Made by a program: the position numbers and the translations under genes
The notes under the pieces: model-generated
Database searches by the model: none
The model's input: only the letters and a program-made list of their open reading frames with translations
Told to the model about the DNA's origin: nothing
Part shown: one piece after another, positions 54,428 to 64,000 of the stretch
Layout: every line of letters begins with the position of its first letter
How positions within the stretch are numbered: the first letter of the stretch is position 1
From: Octopus vulgaris
Taxonomy: Eukaryota
Reading direction: 5' to 3'
DNA: 64,000 bases
NCBI GenBank assembly: GCA_951406725.2
Contig: OX597814.1
Span: 38,068,001 to 38,132,000, forward strand

Positions 54428-54633
54428 GATGATTATAATAATAATAATAATAATAATAAGTTCTACACGGAGGGAACCAGATGTTTACATCGACTCCAGT
54501 GCGTATCTGGTATTTAATTTATTGACCCCGAATGCATCAAAGGCAAAGTCGACCTCGGCAGTATTTGAAACTAGACCGAAATACCGCTAAGCATTTTGCC
54601 CAGCATACTAACACTTCTGCCAGCTCGCCGCCT
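54040..54633 (-). mobile_element. Two stacked SINE family B copies (54097-54314, 54460-54633), each preceded on + by a triplet tract ((AGT)n 54040-54096; (AAT)n 54315-54459)
   Basis: Both contain aaggcaaagtcgacctcgg..atttgaa..ccgctaagcattt..tctgccagctcg. Confidence 0.87.
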
Positions 54634-54638
54634 TATTC

Positions 54639-54875
<237 letters not shown>

Positions 54876-55089
54876 TATGCATGTATGTGTGTATGCATTA
54901 CATAAATGTGTGTGTGTATGTCTGTGTGTATTTGGGTTTGTGTTTATCCCACATCACCACACGACAACTATTTTGTTCTCTTAGTCTCCGTAAACTAGTC
55001 GTTTGTGAAAAGAACCGGTGTTTAAGTATTGTGGTCGATCTATTTCAGTGTAGACTTGAAAGCGGTGTCTCTTCATTATTGCAATTTAA

Positions 55090-55341
55090 TATTCATTCTT
55101 TTACACCTTCCAGTCATTTCACTGCGGCCATGCTGGGGTATCACCTTTAGTCGAAGAAATCATCCTCAGGACTTATTCTTTGTAAGCGTAGAATTAATTC
55201 TGTCGGTCTACTTTTTCAAACCGCTATCTTTCGGAGACATAAACACAGCCACATCGGTTGTCAAGCGATGATGGGGGGAAAACACTGACATAAAGGTACA
55301 TATACATAGATGCATGTGTGTGCGTGTGTGTGTGGCATATA

Positions 55342-55404
<63 letters not shown>

Positions 55405-55432
55405 ATATATATATATATATACACACATACAT

Positions 55433-55495
<63 letters not shown>

Positions 55496-55523
55496 CATAC
55501 ATATATATATACATATACATATG

Positions 55524-55569
<46 letters not shown>

Positions 55570-55716
55570 GACGGGCTTCTTTCAGTTTCTGTTTAACAAA
55601 TCCACTCACAAGACTTAGGTTGGCCCGAGGTCCAACACCTGCCCAAGATCCACGTAGTGGGACTGAACTATGTGGTTGGGAAGTAAGCTTCTTAGCACAC
55701 AACCACGCATGCGCCT
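55090..55716 (-). mobile_element. SINE family A with a ~270-bp expanded internal microsatellite
   Basis: Tail 55090-55290 and head 55567-55716 match family A; a degenerate plus-strand tail abuts at ~54930-55085. Confidence 0.88.
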
Positions 55717-56222
55717 AATGAGTGAAAGTAGTAAATAATAACAGAATAAAACTATGAGCCAATATATTTTTGGCATATCATTCATTAGAGATAATTATAC
55801 ATTGTCAAAAGAAGAATAGAAAAACACCTGCAATACGAACAACCCACATCCTGCTGTAGGTATTATGAATTCATAATTTTACCTTAAAGGGAACATTGTA
55901 CTCGTGGAGTACCGGCTCTATACCAATAGGCGCCCAATAATAGGAATCAAGTCAACTCCCAAAACCTATACTTTACAAAATGAATCCCACCAAAATATAA
56001 TCTTTATCATATTACAAAAAGAAGAAACATCAATGTATCGCAAGAAACAAGTTACCAAGGGAACTAAATGAAGAATATAATCTGCAATCACGACTAAAGC
56101 ATGCCATGCTCTATATTCCTGGGGAGTATATATTGTAACAACAACAACAATAAAGATGATGATGATTTCTGCTATAAGGGCAAGGCCTTCAAGAATACGC
56201 AGGAGAGTTTTGTATTATACAT

Positions 56223-56613
56223 AGACACAGAAGTGGCTGTGTGGTAAGCAGCTTGCTTACCAACCGCATGGTTCCGGGTTTAGTCCCACTGCGTAGCACC
56301 TTGGGCAGGTGTCTTCTACTATGGATTCGGACCGACCAAAGTCTTGTGAGAGGATTTGGTAGACGGAAACGGAAAGAAGCCCATCGTATATATGTATATG
56401 TTTGTGTGTCTGTGTTTTCCACACCTCACCCACTGTCACTTGACAACTGATGTTGGTGTATTTACGTCCCCGTAAATTAGTGGTTGAGCAAAAGGAACGA
56501 TAGAATAAGTACTAGACTTACAAAGAATAAGTCCTGGGGGGTCGATTTGTTCAAAGGCGGTGTTCCAGCAAGGCCGCAGTCAAATGACTGAAACAAATAA
56601 AAGAATCAAGGAA
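56223..56613 (+). mobile_element. SINE family A, full length
   Basis: gtggctgtgtggtaag (A box) ... ccgggtttagtccc ... gaaacaaataaaaga. Confidence 0.92.
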
Positions 56614-58019
56614 TAATGATAGGAACAAAAATCGCTTAAAACTGGCAACCAAAATCAAAATATAAGCAGTTTTACTGCAAGGTCAAGGTTACAAATACCT
56701 AAGTGATACCAGCAATTCAAATTAATTACGAACAGTGACATGACATGTTTTATATGAAACACAGTAATACCAATTATACCAATTATAATTCTTTCACCTT
56801 AGAATGAATTCATTGCATTTATCAAAAGCATGAAATATAATGGAGGATAGAATTATGTTAAAATAATAGTTGCAAATTTAACGCTTGTTGCATGACATTT
56901 GCCACTCGGATGACACATGAATTGTAACGAAAATGAAGTATAGTTGCAGAAATAATTTTAGATTATTTTAAGCTGTTTGTTTTAATTAACATTTTGCCGT
57001 CGAAGAAATGATGTTAACTACGCAATATCACTATACGTTCTGGTAAACTTCATTTAAACATAAAACGTCCCGACAAAGTTTACTCTCATGCAATCTGTAC
57101 ATTAAATTTTTTTTAATTTTCATAGATATACTTTTGAATATTCAAACTAAATGCATAAGTTCGATTATCAGGCAAAACAAAATTTTACTTATAAATTTAT
57201 CAGTACTTATATGTATTTATAAATATGTATTTATGAATAAAACTAAACTACACCAATAACATCACTCCAAATATTGGTCACTATCTATAGATATTGAAAA
57301 GAGAAGTATTTTGTAAAGTGTATTCCTTAAATATAAGCTAAACGATGCATTAGCTGAGAGGCTTTAGATTTACAATGTTGATCAGATGAATAAAAACAAA
57401 TGTTTTAAACCAGAAGGCCTCACGTTTAAAATTAAAATCAAATTCTGTGAATTTGACTTACAGAGAATTACATGCATAGAAAGATATGTAATTCTAAGCC
57501 TAGCAAATCTATTAATTGAAGCCCCTAGACTAATAGGTTGACTCCATTCAATAAACCGGCTTTCAAATGTAAGAGACGTGTAGCCGAAATCATAACCTAT
57601 AGTTTTACGAAAGTATTTATGGATCAATATAATTACTGCCAAAGCAAAAAAAAAACAAGAAAAAAGGAAAAGTAGAGGTTTCAAAGAGATAGATGGCATA
57701 CATTTTCAAAAGGTGTAATACATAATCACCGACAGAATCAAAGCGGATCAGTAAAATTCGATTTAATAATGTTGTACATTACATAAACAGCCACGTGTAG
57801 ACTAATATTTGGTATTTGCATGCCGAATGTACGTGTCACCTGATACCATGTGACATAGAGATGTTTGAAATCGCGATGTCAGTAATTTGTGGAGCATTAC
57901 ATATTCTTAAGACTTCAAAACACAAACTCATGGAACACGTTTTTCTCGAGAAACAGATGAGAAATTATAACTAAGATGTGTACATATTTTGTGTGAAGAC
58001 AAGCATATAAATATATCTG

Positions 58020-58072
<53 letters not shown>

Positions 58073-58114
58073 CATATATATGCAGCTATATTTACATATG
58101 TATATATGTGTATA

Positions 58115-58177
<63 letters not shown>

Positions 58178-58184
58178 TGGATGG

Positions 58185-58516
58185 AAGCAATCCATCGGTT
58201 ACGACGATGAGGTTAATCCGAATCAACGGAACAGCCTGCTCGTGAAATTAACGTGTAAGTGACAGACACGTGTACCCTTAACGTAGTTCTCGGGGATATT
58301 CAGCGTGACACAGAGAGTGACAAGGCCGGCCTCTTGAAATACAGGTACAACAGAAACAGGAAGTAAGAGCGAGAGAAAGTTGTGGTGAAAGAGTGACTGC
58401 CGGAGCCTCGTGGAGCTTTAGGTGTTTTCTCTCAATAAACACTCACAACGCCCGGTCTGGGAATCGAAACCGCGATCCTATGACCGCGAGTCCGCTGCCC
58501 TAACAATTGCGCCTCC
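58185..58516 (-). mobile_element. SINE family D (tRNA-like head, distinct body and tail)
   Basis: Minus strand ggaggcgc..gttagggcagcggactcgcggtc..ggtttcgattccc (B box); tail cgttaagggtacacgtgtc..cgagcaggctgttccgtt shared with 60537-60855. Confidence 0.85.
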
Positions 58517-58520
58517 ACAC

Positions 58521-58590
<70 letters not shown>

Positions 58591-58597
58591 TATATAC

Positions 58598-58632
<35 letters not shown>

Positions 58633-59068
58633 TACATATATATATATACAGGTATATATATATATGTATATATATATATATTTATATATATCTGTGTGTG
58701 TTGGTGTGCTTATGTACATAAACTTATATATATTGTGGTGGGTGGAGAGATAGAGAGCAAGCGAGGGAGAGAAAGAGAGTGTGTGTCTGTGGTCATGTAT
58801 GTTACGGTTACAGCAGGAGACACGACACAATTATGCTGTTACAGATAACTTGAAACATAATGCTTGGTACACTGATTCAATTATTACCTATTTAAAGGCT
58901 CCGATGATTGTTGTGAAATGAGGAAAAGAAAAATTTTACAAATTAAATACGTGTCAAAGTAATTCGTAGAATTTTCTTTCAATAAAACGAAATGTTACAC
59001 GCACGCACGCACTCACACAAACACACGTATATATATCTATGCGTGTATATATGTTTGATTATGTATAC

Positions 59069-59130
<62 letters not shown>

Positions 59131-59149
59131 ATATATGTATATATACATA

Positions 59150-59470
59150 ATGAATTGACCGCAGTACTTAATGTTTTAAAGCATCGTACTCATTCTACTA
59201 TTATATTTTGCCGAACCGTTAATTTACGGGGATATAGCTACACATTACCGTGTGCCAAACAGAATGGGGGGGGGGGGGGCGAATATAGATGCAAACACAC
59301 ACACACATTTATATATGCAACGATTCCCTTCATTTTCTGTATGCAAAATCCTCTTACAAGGCTTTAATCACACCGAGCCTATAGTAGGCTCTCGCTGAAG
59401 GTATCATGTAGTGGGACTGAACCCGGAACCATGTGATTGGGTTGGAAGTATCTTACCACGCAACCACACC
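59150..59470 (-). mobile_element. Degenerate SINE family A
   Basis: tttgccgaaccg..acggggat..caaggcttt..gtgggactgaacccggaaccatgtg..cttaccac. Confidence 0.72.
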
Positions 59471-59688
59471 ATATACACTTATAAATATATACAAATTTAT
59501 TTATACCATAAATATATACAGCTGTGAAGTTGTTTTGAGCGTATGTATGAACATATTATCATATATATATATATGTGTGTGCGCGTGTGTAATGTATGTA
59601 TATTTGTATGTATTTATGTCTGTGCGTGTGTGTATATGCGTGAATGTTTAAATATGTATATATGATTGAGTCTCTATTTATATTTATA

Positions 59689-60060
59689 CTAGCAGTATCG
59701 CCCGGCGTTGCTCGGGTTTGTAAGGGAAATAACTATAAAGCATTTTTAGAGAGTTATAGCCAAAAAATGGAAAAAAAAATGATGGTAAATTTTTTTTTTA
59801 GTTAAAAAGTTCGAGTTGCGTCCCCTAGACAGTCTGTGGTTTGTGTTTCTGATTCTCGACCCCATGTCGAATTTATCGATTTTTTCAGAACTGGGGGAAC
59901 TTTTCAAAATTTTGGCTGCGTTAGTTTTGAATTATGACATTGGACTATGTGTGTGTCAAGTTTCATCAGAATCGGTTGAAAGCCGTGGTCAGGGTGAGGG
60001 TACAACCTAACAGACACACAGAAACACACACAGACAAACTGCCGTTTATATATAGAGAGA
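59689..60060 (-). mobile_element. Non-autonomous Helitron (~370 bp)
   Basis: Minus strand A|TCtctctatatataaacgg ... cccgagcaacgccgggcgatactgCTAG|T; the last ~75 nt are nearly identical to the 11111-11502 element. Confidence 0.87.
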
Positions 60061-60109
60061 TATATAGATAGATAGATATGTGTTTGTAGTGTGTGTGTCT
60101 ATGTTTACA

Positions 60110-60470
60110 AACACATGTATGGCTATTCTGCGTAAGAATTTCATTTCGCAGACACGCAGCTTGGCGCCAAGTCCCACACCACGTGATATTCTTTAGGCAG
60201 GTGACAGTTACTATAAGGCTTCGCCGTCCTATGCATTGTGGATGAATATATTATAGAAGGAAGATGAGCGTAAACCTGTCCTATATGTGTCTGTGTGTCT
60301 GTGCGTTTATCTCGCTACTTGTCAACATATATTTGTTTACTTCCGAAACATGCAACTCAGTGATTCTATACAAAGAAAATAAATGAAATGATTACAATTC
60401 TTAAAATATTTTCTGGGAATAATGTGAACGACAAAAATTATTCAAGGCAGTGTCCCACTATGTCGGTATA
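60110..60470 (+). mobile_element. Very degenerate SINE family A
   Basis: gtaagaat..agtcccac..aggcaggtg..actata..ttcaaggcagtg; only the collinear skeleton is recognisable. Confidence 0.4.
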
Positions 60471-60536
60471 TAATGCCTAAATATATGTGTGTGTGTGAAT
60501 TTGTGTGTGCGCGCGTGTATTTGCGCACGTGTGTGT

Positions 60537-60855
60537 GAAGGCAAGTGCTTCAGCGGTTAGGATATTCGGCCACACTGGTAAGGCCGTAAGTTCGATTAGC
60601 AGTAGCGCGTCGTGTCCACCGACCACAGGCTTTACTTCAGGTTAGTCCATTTCCATTGGCTGGCAAAAGTAAGTTGTAAATGTAATTCTAAGGGCCAACC
60701 TCATCACATTCTTGATTAAGCTAAATCTCTAGGAATATTACGTTAAGGGTGCGCGTGTGAATTGTGTGCTTAACCACTTACACGATAATTTCTCGAGCAG
60801 GCTGTTCCGTTCATCGGATCAACTGGAACATGCGTCATTACCGACGAAGTGCGAG
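60537..60855 (+). mobile_element. Diverged SINE with a family C-like head and a family D tail
   Basis: agttcgatt B-box trace and gctggcaaaagtaagt; tail tacgttaagggtgcgcgtgt..cacttacacgataatttctcgagcaggctgttccgtt. Confidence 0.75.
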
Positions 60856-60920
60856 TTAATATATATATATATAGATAGATAGATAGATATAGATATATAG
60901 ATATATGTATGTATTTATCA

Positions 60921-60962
<42 letters not shown>

Positions 60963-60990
60963 ATATATAAACATTCATACACACACACAC

Positions 60991-61068
<78 letters not shown>

Positions 61069-61337
61069 AGCTATGATGCATGTATGCATATAAATGATCC
61101 ACACAAGCGCTACTACACGGGACATTCGACTTGCTGACTGAATAAAAACCTAGCAGATACAAGTACGCCTTTAATGCAATTAAACTTCTTTTCTCCTTTT
61201 ACTGCCTGTATTTTTTGTTCCACTTCATCTTGACTTATGCCGTAATTTAAGATCCTCGGGCATAAGGTCTTCACCACAACCCTCTAATATGTATATATAT
61301 ATATATAGGACTTACAAATATATATATATATATATAT

Positions 61338-61530
61338 AAAACACCAGGACTTACAAACGAATATAACGTACATAAAATTGCACTACTAGGCACTGCTCAC
61401 ATCCTTCGCAAAACACTTTCAATACACTAACCATAAGAGCATCCCAACAAATCACAGCACATACCCAAGGCACACTGAGCTGTGCTCCGTAGTGAAGTGA
61501 AAGCACGCTATAAAAATAAAACTACTGAAT
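61338..61530 (+). mobile_element. 3' end of an R4/Dong-type LINE followed by (AAT)n
   Basis: KTPGLTNEYNVHKIALLGTAHILRKTLSIH* plus a ~100-bp 3'UTR running into the (AAT)n at 61530-61870. Confidence 0.82.
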
Positions 61531-61606
61531 ATTAATAATAATAATAATCATGATAAAAATATTAAAAATAATAATAATAATAATGATAATAATAATAATT
61601 ATGATG

Positions 61607-61675
<69 letters not shown>

Positions 61676-61797
61676 GCAATAATAATGATAATAATTATGA
61701 TAATAATAATAATAATAGTGATGATAATAATAATGATAACAATAACAACAACCATGATAATGATGATAATGATGATGGTGATGATGATAATAATAAT

Positions 61798-61870
<73 letters not shown>
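61530..61870 (+). repeat. Long interrupted (AAT)n/(GAT)n microsatellite
   Basis: Read directly. Confidence 0.97.
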
Positions 61871-61872
<2 letters not shown>

Positions 61873-62486
61873 CTGCTGAACGTGTAGAAATGGAGAGAGA
61901 ACAATAAATCCTAAGGAATAAATCCAAGTACACGATAGGTTTGGGACCGATATATACTGCGAGCTATGCCAGCACTATGGAATAACAACAGGAAAAAGAT
62001 GGTGTAGGCACATGCCAGAAATGGTTACAGAAAAGGAGAATGCAACCATACGCTGGGATATGCTAATGCACTGAAATAGAAAAAAATAAGGCCAATAAGC
62101 CGGATTTAGTTGTCAGAGATAACCAAAAAATAAAGCTTTCTAATTGAGGTATCAATACCAGCAGATGACAATGTTTCTCGAAAAGAATGGGAGTAACTTT
62201 CAAAATACAAATATCTAGAAATAGAGGTAACTGGATTATGGAATCTACAAACTGAAAAAATGCCTATCATAGTAGGCTTATTCAGTATGATAAAAAATAA
62301 TGAAACAGATTCATACCAAAAACACCAAGATTTACTAGTATATATAAATACAAAAAATAGCACTGCTAGACCCCACACACATCCGACGTAAACCACAATA
62401 CAGTGAAAATAGGAACACAACAAGAAACCGTATCACACTACCAATTCACACAGAGCTGCGCTCGGTTGTGCAGTGGAAGCACCTGA
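61871..62486 (+). mobile_element. R4/Dong-type LINE: restriction-like endonuclease domain and 3'UTR (pseudogene)
   Basis: HDRFG..LCQHYGI..RW.RHMPE.VTEKENATIRWD, KANKPDLVVRD (PD motif), LIEVSIPADDN..KE...SKYKYLEIEV..LW..MPIIVG; 3'UTR homologous to that of 61338-61530. Confidence 0.88.
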
Positions 62487-62639
62487 TATATATATATATA
62501 TATATATATACCATCTGCTTACATATACATATACACGCTCATACAAACACACGGAGACAGAAACACACAAATACACACCTATACGCATGCATATCCGTAA
62601 GAATTGATATGTTAAGGTAATTATTGCTTCAATTCAACT

Positions 62640-62980
62640 CATAGTATTGTTCCTTAGTCACGGTTTTAAGACCATTCATGCGAAGAGGTGACGTTGTCTG
62701 GGATTTCATGGGGTATCCATCCAAGTTCCTCATTGAAATGTGTTTTATTCTTTCTCGATATCTTCGGGATATTACCCTATAAAAATATGGCTAAATGGTT
62801 TGTGTTGGATATTGTTTCTGGGCTGTCGATTTGTCCTGAGTAAATGACGTACAGGATTGTGTCCCAGGTGTTGGTGATTTTAATAATGATCATTAGGGGA
62901 GTATATACGTTATATTGTTCACATTCTACAAATGATCTAGCACCCAAAGCGACGATAAATTGAATGCCTCTCAAAAACCG
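62640..62980 (-). mobile_element. Degenerate CR1-type LINE 3' fragment
   Basis: Reverse complement is collinear with 41070-41300 (atttg(c/t)aga..atgtg..aa; tcccgaag..atc..aaaga..aaaacac) and reads FNEELGWIPHEIPD (cf. FKxxLDxxLxxIPD). Confidence 0.5.
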
Positions 62981-63399
62981 AATCTCATGCCCTGTACTTA
63001 ATTGGAAATTGCCTTTTATTTGTTTTGTTATTCTTTGTGATAAAAGAAAGAATGAGATATCAAAAGAAGATCATGTGCTTCGAACAAAGAAAGAGAAAAA
63101 AAGAAAACGATGATCGCATCTGGCACTGTAACAAATGCTACTCGTTTCAAAGAGCTCACGCTGCAAGACATTCAGGTTTATTGTTGATGTTTTGTGAATT
63201 ACCTAATATTCCCCAATGTGGAAGTGAAAGTAATGAGCATTAGTACAGTACGTTTACACATGCATACAGGCACATTCTCTCAAAAACATATACGGAGGCT
63301 CATATTTTATATTACAAATATATTCCATGTCTGCATATATTACATACATATACTCTCCGTCCCTCTCGCTTTGTGTGTGTCTATCTATATATCTACATC

Positions 63400-63720
63400 A
63401 GCGCTTAGAGCGTCGAGCTTACGATCGTGATGTTGTGAGCTCGAATCCCGGACAGGGCTGAGTGTTGTTTTCTTGAGCAAGACACTTTATTTCACGTTGA
63501 TCTAGTTCAGTCAGTTGTAGAAATGAGTTGCGACGTCACAGGTGCCAAGCTGTATCGGCCTTTGCCTTTCCCTTGGATAACACCTGTGGCGTAGAGAGGG
63601 GAGGACGGTATGCATGGACGACTGCTGGTCTTCCATAAACAGGCTTGCCCGGACATGTGCCTGGGAGGGTAACTTTCTAGGTCGAATACCCTGGTCTGTG
63701 TCGTGACCGAAGGAGGTCTC
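63400..63720 (+). mobile_element. SINE family E (family C-like head, different GC-rich tail)
   Basis: B-box-like gctcgaatccc and cttgagcaagacactttatttcacg..aaatgagt shared with 41650; tail ggcctttgcctttcccttgg..gactgctggtcttccataaac..ttgcccgg, which I recall as RTE-5'UTR-like. Confidence 0.8.
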
Positions 63721-63735
63721 ATACATACATATATA

Positions 63736-63828
<93 letters not shown>

Positions 63829-64000
63829 GCTGGGTTCACGCGTCGAAGATGACATATGAGTATTCAGGTTTTTTCCTGAACGACCAGCACAAATGATTTG
63901 TGTATAATGATGAAATGTTCATGCCTAGCATTATCTCCTTTTCTCCACCAAATCAACGTTGTCAGAAGAAGTGCACTGTGTGCCACACGTCAAGTGTCGA

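Overview
AT-rich, microsatellite-saturated eukaryotic non-coding DNA. The tRNA-derived SINE families and the dense (TA)n/(CA)n/(GATA)n/(AAT)n arrays look like an Octopus (coleoid cephalopod) intron or intergenic region; the taxon is inferred from recognising the repeats, not from a search. I cannot support any intact protein-coding, rRNA or tRNA gene, and most ORFs in the track are microsatellite translations. Supported content: about 25 SINE copies from about 5 modular families; three mariner remnants, one with TIRs and TA duplications inserted into an older LINE; two non-autonomous Helitrons with a shared 3' end but different 5' halves; several R4/Dong-type RLE-LINE 3' fragments beside (AAT)n tracts; Penelope GIY-YIG, CR1 and RTE remnants; a pogo-like MITE; a ~147-bp tandem repeat; and two long fold-backs. 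The most interesting structure is an (AAT)n-centred insertion nest at ~32.3-39.1 kb. It contains two tandem copies of a ~550-bp non-coding element with CCAAT/TATA/Inr-like spacing, plausibly a non-autonomous partner of the R4/Dong LINEs. A few GC-richer unique islands (26.65-27.3 kb, 48.8-49.3 kb) and a strand bias of the repeats hint at an unidentified minus-strand transcription unit. Coordinates of degenerate repeats are approximate, and all alignments were made by eye.
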